A stretch of 64,000 nucleotides of DNA, taken from contig CDPCPM010000073.1 of NCBI GenBank assembly GCA_976551045.1, positions 28,830,001 through 28,894,000 of the forward strand, in the 5' to 3' direction. A model generated the notes under the pieces. The model saw only the letters and a list, made by a program, of their open reading frames with translations, was not told the origin of the DNA and did no database searches. Both the position numbers and the translations under genes were made by a program. This stretch comes from Glaucostegus cemiculus. Taxonomy: Eukaryota. Shown here piece after piece: positions 36,805-49,275 of this stretch (positions within the stretch are counted from its first letter, which is position 1; every line of letters begins with the position of its first letter).

Positions 36805-37625
36805 TCATTTATTATGATTGTGATTAATGAAGGTGGAAAAGGCCCGATTGCTAAATTTGCTGATGACACAAAGGTAGGTAGGAAAGAAGGCTCTGATGAT
36901 CTGTAAAATAGGATGTAATGTGGGAAAATGGGGTACGTTTGTTTTGATAAGAAAACTAAATGCTGAGAGACTGTAGAGCTCTGAGATGCAGAAGGATTTG
37001 GGTGTGTTCATGTACACTTTACTAAAAGCTAGTATGCAGGTAGAACAAGTAACCAGGAAAGTTAAGAGTTTTAGTGTTTATTGCCAAAAGAATTGAATAC
37101 AAAAGCTAAGCTTCAGTGAGAACATATCTGGATTATACTTATAATATTGGTCTCCCTATCTAAGGAAGAATGTTAGTGCATTGGGAGCAGTTCAGAGAAG
37201 GTTCACCTGGAATTGGCTGATTGTCTTATGAGAAAATATTGGTCAGGTTAGGCTTGTAGCTGCTGGAGTTAGAAGAATGAGAGGGAACTTGATTGAAACA
37301 GTTGGGTGTAAACATGGTCAGTATGGAGACAACATTTACTCTTGGAGCATCTTGAACTGGAGGTCACCGTTTAAAAATAGGGTGTTTCCCATTTAGGCAG
37401 AGATGAGTTTTTTTCCCCCTCTGAGAGGGATGTGAGTCTTTGGAACTCTTTTCCTCAAAGGGCCATGCAAGCGCAGTCTTTGAATGTTTTGAGGCAGAGG
37501 CAGATAGATATCTGGTAAACAAGAGGATGAAAGGCTACTGCAGGTGGGTGAGAATGTGAAGAGTCATGATCTTATTAAATGGTGGAGCAGGTTCAAGGGG
37601 CCGAGTGGCCTATCCTTTATCTGCA
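36805..37625 (+). mobile_element. Old CR1 3' fragment
   Basis: aaatttgctgatgacacaaag (KFADDTK), gttcagagaaggttcac, and 3'UTR ggagcaggttcaaggggccgagtggcc. Confidence 0.8.
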
Positions 37626-38321
37626 CTGCTCGTGTTTCGATTGCATACAGGCTACAGTAGAAAACACATTAAAGGTCTGCAACAACTCATGAAATGTGCC
37701 ACAGGAAATCTAACAGTTGGAGGCCAGTTGGGGAGAAAAAGTTGATTCCTTATTGTGAGGATCATTCCAACTATGGAGCAACCTTCAATAAGTAATTTCT
37801 TATAACCCAGCACATCTGTCTGTCTCAGTCTTCCTTTCTCCCTGCTGAACTGATAAATCTTAAAATCCGTTTGCATAAGTATATTAAAAGTTGAGTTCAC
37901 AAGGCAATTTGATTTCAGATTAAAAGCTGTTTTTTTAAATTAGTAATTTTTTAAAATATCTTGTGTATATGTAGTTGTAGCATGGACCTCCAGCTTATGG
38001 AATTGAACCATTTATTTTTTTCATTTATTGTCCATGTACATATGCGTTCATATCAAACAACAGGAAACCTATAGGATTCCATTCCTCTCGACCTGTTGTT
38101 TTCTAGTTGTCAAACAAGCCATATGACCTTACTTCATGCTGCACTGAAGAAAATATATTATTCCTGAGGCATGTTTGAAGCTTGTTTTTGAGTTTTATTG
38201 ATGTGTTCTAAATGATTTTAGGCATGTTCTTTTGGTTTGCAATGTTCTAATTCATCTTAGATTCATGTGTTGAATTATCATGACCAGAATAATTCTTGAG
38301 AGTGAAACACCAACACATTTC

Positions 38322-38905
38322 AGTCATAGAGTTATACAACACAAACAGGCCTTTTGCTCTGCCATGTCCATTCTAACCATCAAGTATGAACCAAGCACTG
38401 ATACATCAGATCAAGAAAGATAGCTAATCTTTCTTGATCTGATATACCAGTGCTTGGTTCATACCCTTCCATGCCTTGGTAATTCAAGTGCTCATCTCGG
38501 TATTAAAGTGTTGTGAGAGTTCTTGCTTCCACCACTCATTCAGGCAGTGCTTTTCAGATTACAACCACCCTCTGGGTGAAGAAGTTCTTCCTTAGATTAC
38601 CCCTAAGGGGCACTGGTTTAGAGTAAGGGCTAAGTTTAGTTTTAAACATTTCTGCTGTAGGGAAAAGTTTCTGCGCACTTCATAATTTTGTATGAATCTA
38701 TCAGCACCCACCTTGGCCTCCTTTGCTCCAAAGGAAACAAACCAAGGCTAAGCAGTCTCTCCTCTCAACTCAAACACTGCATCCCACACAACATCCCAGT
38801 GAATCTCCTCTGCATCCTCTCCAGGGCAATCATGTCCTTCCTATAGTCTGGCAACCAGACTATACTCAGTATTTCAGCTGTGGCCTAACCAGTGTTTTAA
38901 AAAGC
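38322..38905 (-). mobile_element. CR1 3' fragment with internal hairpin and micro-inversion
   Basis: Tail agtcatagagttatacaac; accaccctctgggtgaagaagttc; gtgaatctcctctgcatcctctcc. Confidence 0.8.
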
Positions 38906-39914
38906 AGCTTTGGAGCTTCAGGCCTTGGTCATGTTGGATATGAAATTGTTGTGTTTTGTAACTAAAATGGGTCACACATCAACCAATAAATTTTAACCAC
39001 CAAGCACTGAACAAAAGCAGTCCTCTGATTTAAACCATGAGATACTACTTTGATTGTGTCGCAAAAGAATGCAGGACAGAAGTGTAAAGCAGCACCAATA
39101 CAGCTGATAAAGAGAAACCCAAGCTGGACAAGAACAAAGAATGTTATTTGTATTCCAAAGAAATCAATTATTTGGAGGAAGTCAAAGTTGTTGTTTGGTT
39201 TTTGGGAAAAATCAAGTTCAGTGGAAGAGGGCATTTATGGATAGAAATTAGCTTGGCCTTCTCTAAATAATTAGAGTAGTTTAAGATTATTGGTAGGAAA
39301 TGCATTACTTTTCATATGTCAAATCAAAATTAAGGGCATTTTAAACGCTCTATATTCAGTTAAGTATGTGGAAACCATTTTGTTGATTAAACACGTTTTT
39401 TGTTTTTGATATTTGTTCATTTGAAATTTGAACTGGATCCTACCTCTACCGATTAATGTATATATTATAATTGTCTCATTTAATATTAGATTTCATTAAG
39501 TCTGCAAAATAATGGTAGGAGATTGGCATATCTGTAGAATTCTAGCCCTGGGCTTAACTGAATTCGAGGTAGTTATGCCCCAGCACTGTAACTGTTACCA
39601 GCATCATTAACTGTTAAAGGACATTGACAAGTCTAATGTTATTCATCCTACTTTATAGTTTGATAAATAATTTGATGACAGTAGCTTGGGGCCCTAAATT
39701 AATAAAGGGTTTTTAGTCTTGGACAGGTTAACATTCAGATTTCTTCTGATGTTTTTCACATAAAATGTGCACACGTCCTTTGACTTTCAAGAATGACGAC
39801 TCCCCATAATTTAGTTAACTTGTAATGCTAAATTTGGATAAAGATGCAGAAATCTAAAGGCATTAAGAGTTTGATAACTTTCGGTTGGTTTGGTCATGAT
39901 TGCCAACTACTTTT

Positions 39915-40365
39915 AGAATATAAAACAGAACATGATGTTGTGACAAACTAATTAAGTTAGTAACTAAGTGTCAAACTAAACAAATCCCTTCTACCTACAT
40001 CAGGTCCATACCCCTCTATTCTTTGCACATTCATGTGCCTATCTAAGAGCCTCTTAAGTGCCTCTGTTGTATTTACCTCCACTAACACCCCTAACATTGC
40101 ACTCCAGGCACCCACCACTCTGTGTAAAACAAAACATGCCCTGCACATGTCCTTTAAGCTTGCCCCCTCTCACCTTCTAGTATCAGACATTTCAACCTTG
40201 GGGAAAAAGATATTGGGAGTCTATCTATGCCTCTCATAATTTAATAAAGTTCTATCAGGTCTCCCCTCAGCCTTTGCCACACCAGAGAAAACAGCCCAAG
40301 TTTGTCCAACCTCTCCTTGTAGTATGTACCCTCTAATCCAGGCAGCATTCTGGTAAACCTTTTCA
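39915..40365 (-). mobile_element. CR1 3' fragment
   Basis: ORF 39957-40148 RVVGAWSA...LKRLLDRHM...GYG. Confidence 0.85.
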
Positions 40366-40514
40366 TTCGGTTAATATTGTATAGCTGTTGTCATGAGTAT
40401 GTTTACAAATTTGATGTTGAGTTTTGTCCCTGGATGAGTTTCCAATGACATGATCATGTCATCATTAAGCCTCAACATGTCCATCTCTAGAATATCCCCT
40501 GAATATACCCCTTC

Positions 40515-40880
40515 CTCTGTTCACCTGCCACTGAAGCCTTAGTATATGTCTTTGGTGCCTCCATACTTAATTATTTCACCTGCTTTTTTGGGCCTCCCAT
40601 TCTTCATGCTTCACAAAGTTAAGCTCATCCAAAACTCTGCTAACTTACAGAGTTACCACAACCCCTGAGCTCATAGGAAAGAGAACGTTGGTGTTGTTGC
40701 ATAGAAAGATCAAAAATATGCATTTTCTGTTTTTATCTTTGCATTCATATATTCATCTTTGTTCACATCCTTCCATTGGTTCACCCCTCCTTTTCTCTGT
40801 GAAACCCTTCACAACCTCCCTAGATCTTAACATTATTCTAGTTCTGATATCTTAGACATCCCGAAGCATTTGATGGTGTT
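40515..40880 (+). mobile_element. Old L2-like LINE 3' fragment
   Basis: Decayed EALVYVF..S.L.Y......GLP....HK.KLIQNSA, matching the L2 ORF2 C-terminal pattern (aagctcatccaaaactctgct). Confidence 0.55.
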
Positions 40881-41435
40881 GTTGCCTTGGCAGAATGATG
40901 CAATTTAGCTACAGCTACAAGCCCTAATTATTTCTCATCGATGAGAAACTTTAGTCAGGATTTTGCAGTCAGCAGCAAAGAAATGCTACTCAGCAATGAC
41001 CTGAGACAAATTTGTCATAAAGTGATCCCTGTAGTATGGATTTCCCTTTACCCAACATCAGCTGTCAGATGTCAACTCTTGGGGATCTCTGGCACACAGA
41101 CACACTGTCAATAAGTATGCTGAGCATACAGTTGAATTTAAGAATTCTCAGTGACAGCAAATCAAGTTCAGGGAAGAGATCATTAATCACAGGTATTTTT
41201 TTAAGCATAAATTATTTGGATATGCACAATAAATTAAGGTAGACCTTAACGTAAACCTTTAAGACTATAATATTTATTGTAAAATTAAAATGCATGGAAT
41301 CTCTCCTGACATAGAAATGTACAGGCCAAAATGAATTGGAAGGTTCAGTGTCTCAACAATGGAACCATTGCCAACTCTGTTAGTTATTAGAGGACGTTGA
41401 GAAAATTGAAATGTTTCTCATCCTGAAGTACACTT

Positions 41436-42040
41436 TAGAGTCATAGAGTCATACAGCATGGAAACAGGCTCTTTGGCCCAACTTGTCCCTGTTGACTGTT
41501 TTGTCCAGTGAGCTAGTCCTATCTGCCCATGTTTGGCCCATAGATCTCTAAACCTCTCCTATCCATGTACTTATCGAGATGGCTTTTAAATGTTGGTGAT
41601 GTGCCTGCCTCAACCACTATTTCTGGCCACTCATTCCAAATATGCACCACCATTGTGTGAAGAAGCTGCCCCTTTTATCTCTTGCCTCTGATCTTAAACC
41701 TATGCCCTCTTGTTTCTAGCACCCGCTCCCAGGGAAAAAGACTGTGCTTTCACGCTATGTCCCTTAAGATCTTGTATATCTTTATCAGCTCACCCCTCAA
41801 TCTCTACGTTTCAAGGAATATGGTCCTGGTCAATACAATCTCTCTCTGTAGCTTAGGTCCCCAAGTCCAGGCAACATCCTGGTAAGTCTTTTCTGCACTC
41901 TTTCTAGTTTAATAACCTCTTTCTTATAACAGGGTAACCAAAACTGTACAAAATACTCCCAAGTGCGGCTTCAGCAATGTTTTATATACCTGCAGTATAA
42001 CTTATACTCAATGCCTTGACTGATGAAGCATGCCAAACTT
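41436..42040 (-). mobile_element. CR1 3' fragment
   Basis: (TAGAGTCA)2 tail, acagcatggaaacaggc, caggcaacatcctggtaa. Confidence 0.85.
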
Positions 42041-42149
42041 TGAGAAATAATTTAATGACAGAAGCACAGAGCCCTAAAATACAGAAGGTTTATAAGAAAT
42101 ACTGGAGTACCAAGGATCCAGTGCAAATGAGGAAATAAAATAAAAGTGT

Positions 42150-43765
42150 TAATAAAGAAGTACTACTAAAGAAGTTAATGAACTAGGAAACTGATAAACC
42201 CCAAGGACCTGGTGACCTACATTCCAGAGTTTTGAAAAAAGCAGCTATGGAGATGGTGGATGCTGTGGTTATCATTTTCCAAACTTCTGTAGATTCTTGA
42301 ATAGAGCCTGCAGGTTGTCATGTGGAAAGTGTGACCCCAGTATATAAGGAGTGAAAGACAAAATCCTGAATTACTGTAGTTAGCTTGACATTAGTAGTTG
42401 GAAAATTGCTGGAGTCTATATTTTAAAAAAAGGATGTGATATTGAGACATTGAGTAAATGATAATATGATTGAACAGAATCAACATGGATTAATGAAAGG
42501 GAAATTATATTTGACTAATCAATCAAGTTCTTTTAGAGTGTATCAAGTGGAGTAGATGAGAGGGAATAGGTGCATGTGGTGGGTTTGGGTTTTCAGAAGG
42601 CTTTTCATCTGGTCTCAGTTGGGAGATTGTTGAACAAGTTAATGCTCATGGAATTGGAAGTAATATACCAGCATGGATTGAGAGTAGGTGAACAGAAAGA
42701 AAACAAAGAGTAGGTGTAAATGCTTCTTCTCAGTTGGCAGGCTGTGCCTGGTAGGGTACCACAGGCATTTATATCAATGATTTAGCTGAAGGGACCGAAT
42801 ATGATACTTCCAAGCTCGCTGATGATATGAAGTTCAGTGATAATGCGAGTAGTGATGAGGATAGAAAGTAACTTCAAAGGTACAGGAAAGCTGCGTGAAT
42901 GGGCAACATCATAGTAGATGCAGTACGGGGTGTTAAAGTCCACTTCAGTAGAGGAACAGACTCTTTGACATCCAAAGGAACCTGAGTGTCCTTGTACATG
43001 GATTAATTAAAGCGAAATTATATTTGACTAATCAATCAAGTTCTTTGAGTGTGTATCTAGTTGAGTAGATGAGAAGGAATGAGTGGATATGGTGGGTTTG
43101 GAATTTCAGAAGGCTTTTGGAGTCACTGGAAGCTGACAAGCAGTTACATCAGGCACTTAGAAAGGCGAATGGTAAGTTGGCCTTTATTATTGCACTCAAA
43201 TCCTCTTAATAATAAAGACATTGCATACCAATTATATAGAGCCTTAATGAAACCACATCTGGAATATTGTGTATAATTTTGATCATTTTACCTAAAAATG
43301 ATATATTTGCTGTGGAGGGAATGCAATAAAAATTCACCAGACTGGTTCTTGGTACTGCAGGTGTGTCACATGAGGAGTGTTTGAACAGGCAAAGCCTCTC
43401 TATTCTATCAAGTTGTGAAGAATGAGAGGTGACCTCATTGAAACATATAAAATTCACAAGGGTAGATACAGGAAGGAATTTTGCTGTGGCTGGGGAGTCT
43501 AGAACTAGAGGTTATCGGCTCAAAATAATTTCAGCCATTTTGGATTGAAATGAAGAGAGTAGTGACATTTTTAGAATTCTCTATCCAAGTGCTGTGGAGG
43601 CTTGGTCATTGCATTCAAAAAAGAGATTGATAGATTTCTGGATATTAGAGGAAAACGGGATATGAAGATAGGGAGGAAAATGGTGTTTCGGCAGACGATC
43701 GGCCATGATATTGTTGAATGGCGGAGCTGGCTCAAGAGGCAAGATGGAATACTACTTCTTCCTTG
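42150..43765 (+). mobile_element. Old CR1 (RT through 3'UTR) with an internal duplication of about 120 bp
   Basis: ccaaggacctggtg, caacatggat, tttcagaaggcttt, gctgatgat, KPHLEYCV, AFKKEIDRFL. Confidence 0.85.
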
Positions 43766-44429
43766 TGATATTTTCTTTGCACGAGGCACCAGAAAATTAG
43801 TTTTTATTTGGTGCCAGAAAGATTAAGCATTAATTTAGAATTTGGCCTTCTTAAAAACTCAAACACAGTTCCTTCAACTAGGTGCAACATACTCACTGTC
43901 CTTTTTTTTATAGTCACGATAGTTAGCCATTAATTGACTGATTTAGTCTGATTAGTCCAAAGAAGGCAGCAACAGAGCACTCTGCGGAGGAGTAGGAGAT
44001 CTCAGAAGTTAATTTGTGAACTGTCACGTTAACTGCACGTCTTCCCAAGAGCTTACTGTCAGGTTATCTTGCATTGTAACAGTGAGTGCTGATATCTTTG
44101 CCATTTTTCTCTGGAAATTTCAGGCTTCAATACCTGAACTCGTTTTTTTTGCTCTTCCTTTTCTTCAGAGTGGAAGTGGAGACACTACATTTTTAAATAA
44201 TATATTGCAGTGTGTAATTCTGCTTTAGAACAATAACTTTAAATGTATTAATGAAAACCTATAAGAAAATTCAACAATGAGATAACCAGTGCAATCACCA
44301 TATTCCAGAATTTGCTGCTACAAATGCTAAGAGCTGAAGTTGTTATTCACTCTTATGACTGTGCCACAAACTTGCACAAGAAATTGATGGAAGTACCAGC
44401 TGATGATGGGGAAAGATTAACATGGCATC

Positions 44430-44925
44430 CATAGTTCTAGAGTTGCACAGCATAGAAACAGACTCCTCAGTCCAACTTGTCCATGTTGACCAAGATGTTT
44501 ATCCAAGATAGTCCCATTTGCCTGTGTTTGGCCCATATCCTTCTAGAAACCTGTTTAAGTGTCTTTTAAACACTGTAGCCAGCTGCACAGCTTCCCCGGC
44601 AGCTCATTCCAAATATCCACCAACCTGTGTGGAAAAAGTTGCCTATGGGATCCCTTTGAAATCTCACCCGAAATCTATGTCCTCTGGTTTTAGACTCCAC
44701 TATACTATGAAAAAGACAGTAACCATTCATTTTATCTATACCTGTAATGATTTTATGTACTTTGACAAGGTCACTCCTTAGCCTCCTATGCTCTAGGGGA
44801 AGCAGTCCCACCCTATCCAGCCCTTCCTTATAACTCAAGCCCTCAGTCCCGGCAACATCCTAATGAATCTTTTCTGAACTGTTTCCAGCTTAATGATATC
44901 CTCCTTATAGTTAGTGACCAGAAAC
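44430..44925 (-). mobile_element. CR1 3' fragment
   Basis: ORF 44566-44838 SYKEGLDRVGLLPLEHRRLRSDL. Confidence 0.85.
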
Positions 44926-45225
44926 TTGGCAAATGATAAGACTGACATTTTTAGGTATTTAGATGGAAGAAAATTTGAAACAGCAAAAGTATGAGTTGGA
45001 GTCAATTTAGATAACAAACAAGTATAAAAAGAAGTACACATAAAGAGAGAGAAAGGAAAAACAAGACAAGAGTATTTTTAAGATCGAAAAATATTTAGGA
45101 ACAATCTGCAGGAATGTGAACTTACTGTTTAAGTAATTACTTTCTTCCATGTGTGATGTTAATCTCAAAAACATAATTATGAAGTTAACAGGATTTTTAT
45201 ACCATGAAATAATAACCCTAACTTT

Positions 45226-47088
45226 CACAGCACATAGAACACTACAGCACAGTACAGGCCCTTCGGCCCACAATGTTGTGCCGACATTTTATCCTACTCT
45301 AAGATCTATCTAACCCTTCCCTCCCACATCGCCACCTATTTTTCAATCATTCATGTGTCTATCTAAGCGTCTCTTAAATGACCTTAATGTATCTACCCCC
45401 ACAACCTCTGCCGGCATTGCGTTCCATGCACCCACCACTCTGTAAAAAAAAAGTACCCCTGACATCCCCCTTATACCTTCCTGCAATCACTTTAAAATTA
45501 TGTGATAGCCATTGTCGCCCTGGAAAAAAGTCTCTGACTGTCCACTCGATTTGTGCCTCTTATCATATTGTACGCCTCTATCAAGTCACCTCTCATCATC
45601 CTCTTCTCCAAAGAGAAAAGCCTTAGCTCACTCAATCTATCCTCATAAGACATGCTCTTCAATCCAGGCAACACCCTGGTGAATCTCCTCTGCTCCTTCT
45701 TTGAAGCTTCCACATCCTTTCCATAATGAGGCAACCAGAACTGAACGCAATACTCCAAAGTGTGGTCTGACCAGAGTTCTGTAGAGCTTCAACATCACCT
45801 CGCAGCTATGGAACACAATACCTCGACTAATGAAGGCCTTCTTAACAACCCTATCGACCTGTGTAAGAACCTTGAGGGATCTCTGGACGTGGTCTCCAAG
45901 ATCCCTCTGTTCCTCCGCACTGCTGAGAGCCCTGCCATTAACCTTGTATTCTGCCTTCAAATTCAGTCTCCTGAAGTGTATCACTTCACACTTATCTGGG
46001 TTGAATTCCACTGGTCACCCGACCTCCAGGCAGAATATGCTCCATCTACCACCACCCTCTGTCTTCTATGGGTGAGCCAATTCTGAATCAACACAGCCAA
46101 GTTTCCCTGGATCCCATGCCTCCTGACTTTCTGAATAAACCTTCCATGAGGAATCTTATCAAACGCCTTACTAACATCCATGTACACCACATCCACTGCT
46201 CTACCTTCATTAATGTGCTTTGTCACCTCCTCAAAGAATTCAATCAGGCTCATGAGGCACGACCTGCCCCTCACAAAACCATGCTGACTGTCCCTAATCA
46301 GTCTATGCTTCTCTAAATGCCCATAAATCCTGTTTCTAAGAATCTTCTCCAGTAATTTGCCCACCATTGAAGTAAGACTCGCTGGTCTGTAATTCCCAGG
46401 GTTATCCCTACTTCCTTTCTTAAACAAAGGAACAATATTTGCCACCCTCTAATCGTCTGGCACTACTCCTGTGGCCAATGAGGACACAAAGATCATCAAA
46501 AGGTGCAGCAATGTCTTCCCTAGCTTTCCGTAATAACCCTCGATATATCCCATCTGGTCCTGGTGACTTATCTATCTTAATGTCTTTCAGTAGTTCCAGT
46601 ACATACTCTTTCCTCACATCGACATGCCCTAGCATATCAGTCTGTCATACGCCATCCTCACAAACGTCAAAGTCTCTGGTGAATACCGAAGCAAATAATT
46701 CATTAAGGACCTCCCCTACCTCTTCCGACTCCAGGCCTATTTCCTCTTTTATCCCTGATTGGTCCTACTCTCACTCTATTCATCCTCTTGTTCTTCATAT
46801 ATTGTACATGTAGAATGCCTTGGGGTTTTCCTTGATCCTACTTGCCAAAGACTTCTCATGTCCTCCTCTAGCTCTCCTAAGTCCATTCTTAAGCTCCTTC
46901 CTGGCTACCTTGTAACTCTCCAGAGCCCTGTCTGATTCATGCTTTCTGAACCTTAGGTAAGCTGCTTCCTTCCTCTTGACAAGATATTCCACATCTCGTG
47001 TCAACCACGGTTCCTTCACTCTACCATCCTTTTCCTGCCTTAATGGGACAAACCTATCCAGAGCAGGACAAACTTATCCAGAGCTGGC
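45226..47088 (-). mobile_element. CR1 LINE, 5'-truncated, with an internal deletion removing the GVPQGS-FADD block
   Basis: ORFs 45981-46445 (PGNYRP, DSQHGF, SKAFDK) and 45643-46011 join directly at about 46010. Possible TSD AACTTT at 45220-45225 and 47089-47094. Confidence 0.92.
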
Positions 47089-48689
47089 AACTTTAATTTG
47101 TTTCTTGACACAAAGAGAAATTGACAGCTACATCATGTTATTTGCAAGACTACCGTAGTACAACGCAAATTGTCCTACAATCTGTGGTGATATTCATGTC
47201 ACATCTTTTCTTAACACATATTGACTTTTTTTTAACATTCTAACAATAACATGTCATGAACTCGCTTTATTTATCCAACAAATTTGTTCACTTTCATGAA
47301 AATTCTGAACATCAATATATAAGTGGAAGTGCAGTATTAGACCCATGCAACTTCTTGTTTTCAAATCGGTGAAAATATCTTGGGTCTCCAAGCAATTGTA
47401 TGAAAGCTGATCTAACTCTGCCTCCAGTTAACCTCCATACTGTTATGTCACTCAGTTGTAAATACAACAGCACCATTTATTGGGAGCAGGAAGATTTGGA
47501 GGAAATTTGGAACTACGAGTCGTATAATGGTTCATTGAAGTAACCATTCTAAATAACTATTAATAGCATCAGAATTTAGCATTTTTTTTTTCCATGCGTA
47601 CCTCATCCCACTATGAGCATTTCCAGCTCAAGTTAGTATAAAATATGTAAACTGCCAAGAGGGACTAAATATTTTAGAAGTGCAAAGACATGACAGAAGT
47701 CAATGTACCTTATTATAAAATGTACCTTATGAATAAACTTCTGCAATTGTACAACAGACCAGTCAGTATCTTTAAGAGAATGACTAATATTTTGTTTACA
47801 ATATTTTTAGAGGATCTCGTATGCCTTGATGAAGGAATTTATCTAACCTGTTTACCTACTTTTTCAGACAATGATGGGCCCTCTGCACATTTCTACCATT
47901 TATTTATTTTCTCCAGATATACAGCTTAAAGTATTTATTTTTAGTTCTACATATTTTACCTGTAATTTTTGTGATCCGTTTTAATTTGTATGCCGATCAT
48001 GTTAGATTGAATTGCTGTAGGTGATGATATCGGAAAATAAAGTTACAGAACAAAAGGTTGTGCATTTTTTTATCATTTATATTGGCTGTGATATCGAGCA
48101 AAAGCAAATTACTTTTGTACCATCTGTCTTATTAAAACTGACTGCAATAAAAGCCTCATTAGTGCTCATCCAGATCAATGTCTTCTTCCAAAACAATGAG
48201 AGCACGCATTGACCAGTAAATTGGTATGGTGCCTTCGGCAGTGGATTAAAACAATATCTTTGGAGGATGGAATTTTCAAATATCATTTCTTTCAAACAAA
48301 CAAGCCCCAGCTTATTCATTTTGTCATTTCAGTGCCGTAACTAATTTTGTAAGACCTTCTCATTGCTGCTTATGGTGTTAAAGTAAATCACAATCTCACT
48401 CTCATTGCCAAACTACTGTTTTATGGTAAATAAGAATCCTTTAGGGAGAGCCCATTATAGTATTTAGAATAACACACTGTAGTTCTTAGAAACCTATGAA
48501 CGCTACAGACGTCTATGCGCAGCTCAGTAAGCTACAGCATTATCAGCCTCCGCAAATCAACAGATTTTGATCCTAAAAGTATAATCTTTGCTTGAAATGT
48601 TCTCACTTTCAGCTGCAGGATCTTGAGAGAAGTTGCTATTCCAAAGGTAGATGTCAAACAATAATGTAATCTAAACAGGAAATTCAGGT

Positions 48690-49275
48690 CCAGAAGTATC
48701 TGCAGAGAGAGAGAATAGAGTTAAAGATACAGATTGATGACCTTCTTTCAGAACTAAGAAACCTTGTTTTAAGCAGAGGGGGAGAGGTGGAAGGACAAAG
48801 GACTTCTCTGTGAAAAGATGGAATCCAAGAAAGACTAAATGACATAGGTGGTGGTGATGACGACAGTTGACATAGGGTTTTGAAGTCATGTCAATTGCAC
48901 ATGATCTGTCTGGAAGTGATGTAAGTAGAAGATGAATGAATATAGAGTTGAAGAAAAGGAAAAAAACATTGCTGACACTATGAAACACACTCACAAAAGT
49001 AAACACTACATATGCTATAAATCTGAAATAAAGATATTGAATGTGGGAAATGCTTAGCAGATTAGGCAGCATCTGCAGAGGAAGAAACTGAGTTAACATG
49101 TCAGGTTAATGAATTTCTGATGGAAACTGTTGTGGCTGGTTCTCTGAAAATATTAAATTCAGTATTAAATCTTGAAGGTTATAAAGTGTCATGTCAGAAG
49201 ATGAGTTGCTGTTCCTTAAGTTCATTTTAGGCTTAAGTTGAACAGTATAGGAGGCCATAGACAGAGAGATTAGTG
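48690..49275 (-). mobile_element. Penelope-like element remnants
   Basis: Two terminal-repeat copies (48690-48760, 49010-49115) and aagatgagttgctgttcc...gaacagtataggaggcca, resembling the 3' coding end of these elements. Confidence 0.55.

Noticed and set aside
48011-48148. C/D-box snoRNA (GTGATGA at 48021, CTGA at 48138, short terminal stem)
   Set aside because: The stem register does not fit a kink-turn well, the interior is AT-rich and I saw no rRNA-complementary guide. A snoscan/Infernal run would settle it.
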